From: Candidatus Harpocratesius repetitus
GTDB lineage: Archaea > Asgardarchaeota > Lokiarchaeia > Sigyniarchaeales > Promethearchaeaceae
Direction of reading: 5' to 3'
NCBI GenBank assembly: GCA_021498095.1
Contig: JAIZWK010000001.1
Span: forward strand, 4,329,486 to 4,361,485
DNA length: 32,000 bases
Positions 19,184 to 27,678 of this stretch are shown here, piece by piece. How positions within the stretch are numbered: the first letter of the stretch is position 1; every line of letters begins with the position of its first letter. The notes beneath the pieces are model-generated. The model was given only the letters and a program-made list of their open reading frames with translations, was not told where the DNA came from and searched no databases. The position numbers were made by a program, and so were the translations under genes.

Positions 19184-19267
19184 AAATGATTCTTTCCTTT
19201 ACAGTGTTTTTAATTATAGATTTTGACTAATAATATTAACCAAAATCGCGATTCCTAACTTACGATT

Positions 19268-19418
19268 ATGATCAAAGTGAATATGGTGCCCAAATTCTGA
19301 AAAATTGTGATTTGGGGCATACTCACGCCCGAGATTTTTCATTCCTCGGCGCCTGAATTTCGAAGCTGTGATTATTTTGATCATTAAGATCAAATGGAAT
19401 CACAACTGGTTGAGATCA
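19268..19418. ncRNA. Candidate structured RNA or palindromic element (three consecutive stem-loops), family unknown
   Basis: Local GC about 45% (19321-19380) versus about 18% (19501-19560); stems at 19277-19326, 19326-19351 and 19354-19418. Confidence 0.45.
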
Positions 19419-19656
19419 AAAAATATCGATCATTAAATAAATTTTCGATTCTACCGCTATATAGAGCATCAGAAGGCAAAATCATCACATTTTAATATAA
19501 TGATTTAAGAATTCTGTTATCAAAAATGGAAATTATAAAAAAAGAAATAATACAGAGAAAAAATAAAAGATAAAAGAATAAAAAACGAAATTAAAATGTA
19601 TTTATCAATATCATATTGCAATAAAAAAGAAATATAATTTTGAATGGTGAACAAGA

Positions 19657-20286
19657 ATGAGAAATAAAAAAGGAAGATTGAGTAAAAAAAAGAGATTCTA
19701 TACCACTTTAGTAATGTTATTCTTAATAACGACTATCCTAACTGTGAAAGCATCTGGATTAAAAGTTAATAGTGGAGATGTTTTCTGGTGGGAAACAGGT
19801 GATAGCAAATCTGTAACAGGATATATTCGATTAACATACCAAGAAGTAAGAAATGCAACTGTTTGGGTTGATTATTTGGGATATGATATAGTTGGAGAAT
19901 TAACAGCAAATATTACTAATAAATCTGCTGGGTTCTTATGGGTAGACCCGGGTATTTTTTCAGAATGGTCCCAACTCGGTTATGAAAAAATAAATATAAC
20001 TCATTTAGATATCCAATTTCAATGCATCATTAGAGAACGTATTTATGGAGAAGAGACAACTGATGAATATTATGATTTAGATTCGGGTATTTTAGTTAAA
20101 TCTGAAAGCAATTTGGGAAATTATAAAACTTTGATTTCAACTGAAGATATTAACTTAGAAACTTATATGAAAGAACACAATAAAACAATAGATTCGTTAT
20201 CATTAATTTGGTTGATTGGAGTAATTTCTTGTACAATGGTCTATCTTCTTTTAAATCTGGATTTACGGAACAAGAGAAAGAAATAA
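19657..20286 (+). CDS. Putative cell-surface protein (signal peptide, beta-rich body, C-terminal TM anchor)
   Basis: Basic n-region + hydrophobic h-region ending VKA; YYDLDSGILV motif; C-terminal hydrophobic helix followed by RNKRKK. Confidence 0.75.
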   Translation: MRNKKGRLSKKKRFYTTLVMLFLITTILTVKASGLKVNSGDVFWWETGDSKSVTGYIRLTYQEVRNATVWVDYLGYDIVGELTANITNKSAGFLWVDPGIFSEWSQLGYEKINITHLDIQFQCIIRERIYGEETTDEYYDLDSGILVKSESNLGNYKTLISTEDINLETYMKEHNKTIDSLSLIWLIGVISCTMVYLLLNLDLRNKRKK

Positions 20287-20393
20287 TTGCTATTGATTTT
20301 TTATTTTTATACCACTTTTATAACCAAAAAATTATTAATTTATCGCCTATTCATGAAGTTATACATAAATAATATCAATTTTTGTGATATCTC

Positions 20394-20807
20394 ATGTCTG
20401 AACAACGACACAAGTTCCTTTATCGGGGCAAAAATTTGGATGAATTAAGACGAATGTCGATGAAACAATTCATGGAACTTCTACCTTCACGCCAACGCCG
20501 CAGTCTAAAGCGAGGTATGCCCCGACGCCAAAAAAAATTCTTACGTAAATTAAAAAAGGCCAAAAAAGCAGCGAAAGATGGGAGAGAAGTAGTGGTTCGC
20601 ACCCATAACCGGGATATGATCATTTTTCCTGAATTTATCGGCTTAACTATTGCAGTCCATAATGGATTAGAATTTATTCCTGTAAAAATTACTCCAGAAC
20701 ACATTGGTCATTATTTAGGAGAATACTCACCTACAAATAAGAAAGTAACCCATGGAAACCCTGGAGTAGGTGCAACCAGAAGTTCTCAATTTGTACCTTT
20801 GAAATAA
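20394..20807 (+). CDS. rps19: 30S ribosomal protein uS19
   Basis: [60 protein letters not shown]. Confidence 0.98.
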   Translation: MSEQRHKFLYRGKNLDELRRMSMKQFMELLPSRQRRSLKRGMPRRQKKFLRKLKKAKKAAKDGREVVVRTHNRDMIIFPEFIGLTIAVHNGLEFIPVKITPEHIGHYLGEYSPTNKKVTHGNPGVGATRSSQFVPLK

Positions 20808-20833
20808 AAGATATCATATCTTTTTTCTTTTTT
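20808..20833 (+). terminator. Short hairpin + T-tract after uS19
   Basis: AAGATA-TCA-TATCTT directly after the stop, running into TTTTTTCTTTTTT. Confidence 0.55.
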
Positions 20834-20958
20834 ACCGAATTTTATTTTATGTAGCATAATTGAAAAATTAAAGGAATATTACAAAAAAAATCATTTTCAT
20901 TACTTTTCAGTTATTAAATAATGATTCCTTTCTATTCAAAAAGGAATACAACTTAATT

Positions 20959-21567
20959 TCACCATCCCAATTCAATCATTGTGGGTATTATTATGATTGG
21001 AAATATTATAACACAAGAGGCAATAAGTGCATATAATATTATTTTTCCCGTAGGCCAGCGATGGTGTTTGTACCATCGGACATCTAAGAAAAAAAACGCT
21101 CCATAAAAAAGAATTAGTGCATATAAAATAGAAAAACATTGACCCCAAAAATCGATAGAAGCAGTTGACCCTAAAACGAATTTACGTAATCCAGTAAAAT
21201 ATGCACGAGTTCCGAAGAAAAGCATAAGAGGATGCAGTGTTAATCGTTCGATAATCATCCATATCCGCTGTGATTTAGTTTCTAGAGGAACAGAAGAAAC
21301 TGGAATGCCGGTTTTAAAGCGTTTATAGAATCGAAAATCCCATCGAAAGAAAGCAACCCATAATGCAGGCATAGAAGTAGCTAAAATTATGTTGAAAGCC
21401 ATATTTTGGAAATTATAAATTAATGCAATTGAAAAGAAATAATTTGCAATACGGCTTAAATATCTTCTGCGAAAATCAAGTTCTTTCCTCAATTTTACTT
21501 CATCTAACCATAAACGAAAAATTAAGAAGGATAATCCAAAAATTGAATAAGCTGAAAGTGTTATCAT
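20959..21567 (-). CDS. Hypothetical multi-pass membrane protein
   Basis: 5-6 hydrophobic segments; no family recognised. Confidence 0.75.
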   Translation of the reverse strand: MITLSAYSIFGLSFLIFRLWLDEVKLRKELDFRRRYLSRIANYFFSIALIYNFQNMAFNIILATSMPALWVAFFRWDFRFYKRFKTGIPVSSVPLETKSQRIWMIIERLTLHPLMLFFGTRAYFTGLRKFVLGSTASIDFWGQCFSILYALILFYGAFFFLDVRWYKHHRWPTGKIILYALIASCVIIFPIIIIPTMIELGW

Positions 21568-21713
21568 GGAAATCCCTTAATAAGAGCAAAGATAGGAACG
21601 TAATAAAACTTTTTCACTTGATCACTTGATTATCAAATATTTATTCTGCCATCAGTTAAATGCTTTCGAAATAGATATTTATATAAGATATTAATGGTAA
21701 TTGGTGAATTATT

Positions 21714-22499
21714 ATGGTAAAATGGAATCTATTTCCGGGTCGGGGAACGAAATTAGTGAAAAACACCGCCAATAGTAATAAATTATATATAACACCTCAA
21801 GATCAGCAAGCGTGGGATGAAATTCAATTGATTTATGTAATCTTAGATGATACTATCGCTCCACTAAATCATATGGGTATTCGATCTCAGGAAGGGTATA
21901 TGATCATGATACCACCACAAGCGCCATTTATGGTTATAAATCTTTCTCAAGGTAATATTAGTGTTAAAATTAGTGATAACATTGTCGATAGGATTGATGA
22001 TGATAATAATACTGATGTAAATAGTGATAGTATTAGTGTTGGAATATCATCTATTAAAGAAGAAGGATTTGAGATTATTTATGATCCTTATCTATTGGAG
22101 AATAAACCTCACGAACAATTAGATCCAGAGTATTTTATATCACAAGATTTGGTTCCTTCGGGTTATATTGATGTTTTAATTAAATGGTATTCAGTAAAAT
22201 TCACATATCCGGATTATAATTTGATTTTTATTCGTCCTGGTTTGGGAATAAGTCTGCAAACTCATCAATTTCGAGAAGAACATTGGAAAATTTGTAGAGG
22301 AAAACCGATAATAATCACTGGTTCAAAAGTATATTATAATACTTCCCATGGAGATGAATTTAATATACCATTTGGAGTTAAACACACAATTATTAACCCT
22401 TCTCAAAGTAATTGGGTTATTTTAGAAGAAACATATAAAGGAACTTTTGATGAAGAAGATATAGTGAGGTTGTTTAATCCAAATAACTATTCTTCATAA
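21714..22499 (+). CDS. Cupin protein with a C-terminal mannose-6-phosphate isomerase type II-like domain
   Basis: ISLQTHQFREEHW matches the SLQxHxxRxEHW cupin motif; IPFGVKHTIINP; ETYKGTFDEEDIVRL resembles ExQxGxxxxEDDIxR. Confidence 0.82.
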   Translation: MVKWNLFPGRGTKLVKNTANSNKLYITPQDQQAWDEIQLIYVILDDTIAPLNHMGIRSQEGYMIMIPPQAPFMVINLSQGNISVKISDNIVDRIDDDNNTDVNSDSISVGISSIKEEGFEIIYDPYLLENKPHEQLDPEYFISQDLVPSGYIDVLIKWYSVKFTYPDYNLIFIRPGLGISLQTHQFREEHWKICRGKPIIITGSKVYYNTSHGDEFNIPFGVKHTIINPSQSNWVILEETYKGTFDEEDIVRLFNPNNYSS

Positions 22500-22556
22500 T
22501 GAATGGAGCGAAGGAGAACGAGATCACAAAATAATATCAAAACTACAGAATAAAAT

Positions 22557-22991
22557 CTATTTTCTTTTAAAAAATTGTATGATTTTGCGCATTTTCAATC
22601 TTTTTTTTTCTCTTAAAATCCTATATTGATGAGCTTCTTTACGGAGCTGGTTTAAATAGGCTTCTTTTGAGAATTTTTGCACTGCCTGTAACCTATCCAG
22701 ATTTGTTTGGCTTAATGATTCTGCTTTAGCAGTAGTTAAAGGATGTATTTTGTGCCATCCCATCCATATTATACTTATACAGACCAGTAGGATATTTGAA
22801 GTTGAGAGTACAATAACTCCTATTTTCCAATCCACCCATGGAGATAAAAAAAAATCCGAAAAATAATTAGAATGTTGCGAAGTTTCATACCATAAATCGA
22901 GTGGAATTGAAATTAGGATCCACGGAATCATAATGATCCAAAATCCAAGTTGAATAACGCCCCATAACCTACCGTAGATATGTTTTCGCAT
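22557..22991 (-). CDS. Two-TM membrane protein with basic C-tail
   Basis: Two hydrophobic helices; weak by-eye likeness to PIG-P only. Confidence 0.7.
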   Translation of the reverse strand: MRKHIYGRLWGVIQLGFWIIMIPWILISIPLDLWYETSQHSNYFSDFFLSPWVDWKIGVIVLSTSNILLVCISIIWMGWHKIHPLTTAKAESLSQTNLDRLQAVQKFSKEAYLNQLRKEAHQYRILREKKRLKMRKIIQFFKRK

Positions 22992-23107
22992 TTTAATTCC
23001 GTAAAATCTTTCTAAAGATCAAGTGTTCATGTTAAAAAAATATAAAAAAAGAATAAAGAACTTATCATTCAATTGAGACAATTGAAAAATTAAGATATTT
23101 TTATGAA

Positions 23108-23449
23108 TTATTCTTTATTTTCTTCAGTTTCAGATTCTGCATTTGCAGCTTCTTCAGCTTCCAATTCTTCTTCAAGTTCTTCAAGTGGAACAGGAGGTGG
23201 TGTTGTGATCATCGAATAACCAATCCAAGCGGCTAATAAACCAACCAATAATACCATAATTGTTAAAGGAATCACAACTGCCCATTGCCAATTGAAAAAT
23301 CCAATATCATATAATCCCTTCATACCTTTTAAGAGAGTTCCATTGGAATTTTGATAAATTAACGAAAGAGGTCCCCAAATGATATAAAATATCATCAAAA
23401 CGAACCCAATAATGAGAATAACTAATCCAAATGCTTTATCTTTACCCAT
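23108..23449 (-). CDS. DPM2/PIG-P-like two-TM protein
   Basis: D-x3-G...FY-x2-W helix 1, WAVVIPL...WIGYSMITTPPP helix 2, acidic tail; matches recalled human DPM2 and PIG-P patterns. Confidence 0.62.
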   Translation of the reverse strand: MGKDKAFGLVILIIGFVLMIFYIIWGPLSLIYQNSNGTLLKGMKGLYDIGFFNWQWAVVIPLTIMVLLVGLLAAWIGYSMITTPPPVPLEELEEELEAEEAANAESETEENKE

Positions 23450-23599
23450 AATATGTCATCTCAAGTTTTTTATTATTTAAGGAAAATTACTAACTCCTTA
23501 TGTTGCTTAAAATTAAAACCCAAATAAAAACCAATTGATTACTTGTGATCAAATTCACTATTCGATATCAAACGATCTAAAGTGACAATTTTTTAGAAG

Positions 23600-23917
23600 T
23601 TAATTAAAAAAATCGGATTGTTGTAAGCTACTTCCACAATGTTCGCATATTATAGATTTATTCTCTTTAAGAACTTCAATCAACTCAGAACTAATTGTAG
23701 ATTGACAAAAAGGGCAAATATAGTCTTTGTTAGGAGGATGTTCAGTGATTATTCTTCGTTGTGTCCCATAAAACTGTTGATTTTGTTTATGACTTAGTTT
23801 ATCTTCATTAGTGTATTCCTTTATTTTCTTTTTAACCTCTTGTAATCTATTTTTAACCATTTTTTTCAGTGATTTCCAATTGGATTTCGAAGAATATTCA
23901 TCGTTCATATCAGTCAT
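23600..23917 (-). CDS. Small zinc-ribbon protein
   Basis: CPFC...CEHC at the C-terminus. Confidence 0.75.
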   Translation of the reverse strand: MTDMNDEYSSKSNWKSLKKMVKNRLQEVKKKIKEYTNEDKLSHKQNQQFYGTQRRIITEHPPNKDYICPFCQSTISSELIEVLKENKSIICEHCGSSLQQSDFFN

Positions 23918-24009
23918 TTTTACACCTATATTGAAATAAAGGCGAGATTTCTACTTAAAGCTGTTGATTGAATTATTCTATATGAATTTCGAATAATAAA
24001 TTAGTATAT

Positions 24010-24819
24010 TCACCTATTATTGAGAATTTTATCCCATTTTCCTATTATGATTGATGAATCACCAGAATAATAAAAGAGTGTTCGTTTCCAGCGAGATTGT
24101 AACAAAGATAATAAAAATTCACAAATCTGAAGTTTTTGTTGCTTAATGGGGGTTATTGGCATATCCTTAGTATAATAAGGTTTTGAATACTTACCAATTT
24201 TTGTTGTAAAATCATAACCAAACAAGAAAAAGGTTTTTTGAAGAGGTACAAGATGATGAAGGAGAAATACACCACGATCACCATCTGTGAATCCCCCAGG
24301 GTTAATTATAGGATAACGTGCAGAAGCTTGAGTTGTTCCAATAATTCGCGAATATTTTTTAAAAATATATTGATAAGAATTCAAGTTTTGATAATTATCA
24401 CCATGTGCTAACACCATCAAGATTATATTTTGATTTAAAAGATGGCTCATTTGTTGAGGGGTTAAACCATCAAAATCAGAAATTACCAAATCAGGTATAA
24501 TATCAAAAAGTGAAAGCGCGTTTGCACTTCCATCAGCTGCTACGATAAAAAACGATTCTCGATGAGTAATCCATTGATCATGTATTTTTTGAATATGTTC
24601 AGTAAGATTTGGTCCAGCACCACAAAAACAAATGATACGATCACGAGCTAAATTACTTATTTCGTTAATTAACCCATCTGGTTTCTGCTTTTTTAATTGT
24701 TGTCTGAAAAAATCACGGGCTTGAATTTCTAAATAAAAATCAAAACCGAAATGGTTGCATATTTCTCGAAAAATTGGGCGGAAAGGAATAAAGTCAACCC
24801 AATTAGGCAGATTTCCCAT
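24010..24819 (-). CDS. mptE: 6-hydroxymethyl-7,8-dihydropterin pyrophosphokinase (archaeal MptE, DUF115)
   Basis: GAGPNL, AADG, PDLVISDFDG, AHGDN, GTTQ, NPGGFTDGDR. Confidence 0.88.
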   Translation of the reverse strand: MGNLPNWVDFIPFRPIFREICNHFGFDFYLEIQARDFFRQQLKKQKPDGLINEISNLARDRIICFCGAGPNLTEHIQKIHDQWITHRESFFIVAADGSANALSLFDIIPDLVISDFDGLTPQQMSHLLNQNIILMVLAHGDNYQNLNSYQYIFKKYSRIIGTTQASARYPIINPGGFTDGDRGVFLLHHLVPLQKTFFLFGYDFTTKIGKYSKPYYTKDMPITPIKQQKLQICEFLLSLLQSRWKRTLFYYSGDSSIIIGKWDKILNNR

Positions 24820-24886
24820 AATTTTCAAATAAAAAAAAGCATTACATTGATATGAATATTAGTATATTATAAGGAGAAAGTATAAA

Positions 24887-26041
24887 TTGATATCCCAGAA
24901 AAGAAAAAAAATTGGTTTTGTTCTAAATCCAATTGCAGGTTTAGGTGGAAAATTAGGTTTGAAAGGTTCAGATGGAGAAAAAGTAATTCAGCAAGCACAA
25001 CTACACCATGAACAAATTCAATCACCGCAGCGAGCAAAAGAATTCTTAAAATACTTGAAATCAATAAAAGACGAAATCTACTTTTTAACAGTGGAAGGAA
25101 TTATGGGAGGAAATATCCTTGAACAAACCGATTTTTCTTATGAATTATTAAATGATGCTCAATTAAAATCAACTAAACTTTATCACACATCAGCCACTCA
25201 TACACAAATTGCTGCTCGACATTTTAAAGATCTTCAAGTAGATCTTTTGGTCTTTATTGGAGGAGATGGCACAGCTCGAGACGTATGTGAAATAATCGGG
25301 ATGGATATACCTTGCTTAGGAATTCCAGGAGGAGTAAAAATTCATTCTTCCGTTTTTGCAATTAAGCCAGAAATGGCTGCAAAATTAGTGATAAAATATC
25401 TTCATAATCAAATTCCTTTACGAGAAGCGGAAGTTCTTGATATAGATGAAGAAGAATTTCGGAATAATCGTGTTGTATCAAAATTATATGGATATCTTCG
25501 TGTTCCCTATGAACCAACACTTTCTCAACCTTCTAAAATGGCGAGCCCTCACACAGAAGAAGAATTTGCAAATCAAGACAGAATAGCAGAATGGATTATC
25601 ATGGAATGGGAAAATTCATATTCCGATTGGTACTATTTACTCGGTCCTGGAACAACTGTTCGTGCTATTTCGAAAATTTTAGGCGAACCGAAAACCCTTC
25701 TGGGAGTTGATCTCTTTTATCATAAAAAGCTTATTGCATCTGATTTAAATGAAGAAGAATTACTTGCTCAAATAAAAGATCGCCCAGTAAAATTGATCGT
25801 AACACCCATTGGTGCCCAAGGTTTTGTTTTTGGACGTGGAAATCTGCAATTAAGTGCCAAAGTCCTTGAAGCTATAGGAATAAAAAACATACAGATAATT
25901 GCCACGAAATTTAAAATTTCAACACTTCCTCAAGGAAAGCTACGCATTGATTCTCGTAATTCTGAGTTTGATAAAAAATTTCAAGGATTGCATCGAGTAT
26001 TAGTAGATTTTGGAGAATACAATATAATTAAAGTTGAATAA
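24887..26041 (+). CDS. ATP/polyphosphate-NAD kinase-like protein (COG3199 type)
   Basis: NPIAGLGGKLGLKGSDG, GGDGTARD, GVKIHSSVFA, GPGTT, TLLGVD, GAQGFVFGRGNLQLS; TTG start with AAGGAG upstream. Confidence 0.9.
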   Translation: MISQKRKKIGFVLNPIAGLGGKLGLKGSDGEKVIQQAQLHHEQIQSPQRAKEFLKYLKSIKDEIYFLTVEGIMGGNILEQTDFSYELLNDAQLKSTKLYHTSATHTQIAARHFKDLQVDLLVFIGGDGTARDVCEIIGMDIPCLGIPGGVKIHSSVFAIKPEMAAKLVIKYLHNQIPLREAEVLDIDEEEFRNNRVVSKLYGYLRVPYEPTLSQPSKMASPHTEEEFANQDRIAEWIIMEWENSYSDWYYLLGPGTTVRAISKILGEPKTLLGVDLFYHKKLIASDLNEEELLAQIKDRPVKLIVTPIGAQGFVFGRGNLQLSAKVLEAIGIKNIQIIATKFKISTLPQGKLRIDSRNSEFDKKFQGLHRVLVDFGEYNIIKVE

Positions 26042-26173
26042 TTCTTCTTTGTATTTATAAAAGAGAAAATATCGAATAATTTAATTCTCCGACCAATTAT
26101 TGACATTAATAATATGCTAAAATTGTGTGAGAAAAAATTATCACAATAAAATAAAGAAAAAGAGAAGATTTTT

Positions 26174-26644
26174 TTACTTATTTATCTGTCCTGATTTCAC
26201 AGCGATCATATATTGTAACATTGCAAAACTAAAAACAATACAAACAATTCCAATTATTAATAATTTTAATGAATAACTGTAGTTATAAGCATGCTTTGTA
26301 GAATTGTATAAAATCAAAAAGCCCGTGCCCCCAATGAACATTAAGACAGCAGCCACAACAGATTCTATAATGAATGCCTCGCTTGTTGAAGGATAAAGCC
26401 ACATTACACTTTTATCACCGCTTGATCCTAATGGGATTGGATTACGAATAGATATATAAATACCACCCATCATTAACCAGAATAGAGCGAGATATATTGT
26501 TAATAAAATGAAGCTTCTTCCAGGAGTAGGTAAATTCATTTTTGAATCTTGATACACGGGATAACTAACTTTAGGGATACGAATTTTGGGTCCCAGTATC
26601 CATGGAAGTTTTTTCCCAACTTGAATTTGAAGATTATCGCTCAT
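26174..26644 (-). CDS. Oligosaccharyltransferase subunit, OST3/OST6 family TM-only form (OSTC/DC2-like)
   Basis: Three TMs; GGIYISIRNPIPLG, AFIIESVVAAVLMFIGGTGFLIL, LLIIGIVCIVFSF align by eye with recalled human DC2 ([51 protein letters not shown]). Confidence 0.85.
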   Translation of the reverse strand: MSDNLQIQVGKKLPWILGPKIRIPKVSYPVYQDSKMNLPTPGRSFILLTIYLALFWLMMGGIYISIRNPIPLGSSGDKSVMWLYPSTSEAFIIESVVAAVLMFIGGTGFLILYNSTKHAYNYSYSLKLLIIGIVCIVFSFAMLQYMIAVKSGQINK

Positions 26645-26703
26645 CACTTCTTAAAAAACTAAAAATAAAATTTAAGCCTTTTTGATCAAATGATTTTTTT
26701 TGC

Positions 26704-27678
26704 TTAACCATAAAAATTATGAATACCTTGAGGAGTAATTATAAATTTCTCAATTGTTTCTTGATGGATCTCACTGTTCACAATATGAGCATATCGGAGT
26801 CCCTTAATGGAGGAGAATTCAATTTCTTCTTCATTTACTCCTAATAGTATCCAATTTTTTACGAACCGATTTAAAGTAGTAGCTAAAACTGGTATAATAT
26901 CGAAAAAATAACTCTCCTCAAAACGACTAGTAACTTGAGAAGTTAAACAAACTATAAGATTAAAATCATCAGCCCACTTTTGAATTTGTTTAAGATTTTG
27001 AGCCAAATTAGAAATAACAAGGGCGGTTCTACTTGGATCTTTTGCCATTTCCAAGCGATAGACTCGAGTGAGGGAATCAATAATTAGTAATTTTATTGAA
27101 TGTGATTTTAATATTTCTTTAATTTTTTTTAACATTAAATTAAAAGTTACATAGTTTTGAGCTTGAACAGAGATGATTTGGTTTAAAATTTGATTTCCAT
27201 CAAGATTTTGAGCTTTTGCTATTTCTTTAATTCTTCCAGGACGAAAAGTTCCTTCAGTATCAATAAAAATTGTGGTTTTATCTTGTTTATCTTCTTGATT
27301 ATAAGATGATTTTGTAAATTTCTTGTAAAGTTCGACTGGAAGTTGATGACAAATTTGTGATTTACCCGATCTGGCTTTACCATAAAGCATTAAAATATTT
27401 TTTGAAATGATTCCTTTTGTAGAATTATTGTTTAAATAAAAAAAACGATCTAAAAACAATATATTAGTTGGTAAAACCCAAGCATCTTGAAGAAATGAAT
27501 TAAATTCAGAGATTCGCTTAAATATGCATTTAGTTTTCTGTCTAAACTTTAATTGAATACTTGAAAAGTTTGTAATTGAAGGGTATAAACGGAAAATACG
27601 GAACAATTCTGAAGGAGAAAGAATTTCTAATACATCTGATGAAAGCAGTTGTTGAAGATCGTTCGCGTTTAAATTCAC
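26704..27678 (-). CDS. Divergent RadA/Rad51 paralog (aRadC-like ATPase)
   Basis: Walker A GKARSGKSQ, FIDTEGTFRPGRI, Walker B LLIIDS, TSQV; N-terminus degenerate and start uncertain. Confidence 0.85.
   Translation of the reverse strand: MNLNANDLQQLLSSDVLEILSPSELFRIFRLYPSITNFSSIQLKFRQKTKCIFKRISEFNSFLQDAWVLPTNILFLDRFFYLNNNSTKGIISKNILMLYGKARSGKSQICHQLPVELYKKFTKSSYNQEDKQDKTTIFIDTEGTFRPGRIKEIAKAQNLDGNQILNQIISVQAQNYVTFNLMLKKIKEILKSHSIKLLIIDSLTRVYRLEMAKDPSRTALVISNLAQNLKQIQKWADDFNLIVCLTSQVTSRFEESYFFDIIPVLATTLNRFVKNWILLGVNEEEIEFSSIKGLRYAHIVNSEIHQETIEKFIITPQGIHNFYG

Noticed and set aside
19268-19418. Identity as SRP RNA, RNase P RNA, tRNA, 5S rRNA or SECIS
   Set aside because: No CAGG-GNRA-AGCA helix 8, no GAGGAAAGUCC P4 strand, no paired T-arm around TTCGAA, and no AUGA/GA quartet closing a proper helix on either strand.
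4616-25064. Antisense or alternate-frame ORFs in the track (4616, 5533, 6909, 8474, 9796, 10895, 11605, 11900, 12167, 13656, 14268, 16801, 17400, 17691, 20420, 21423, 24867)
   Set aside because: All overlap confidently assigned genes and have no motifs; treated as shadow ORFs.
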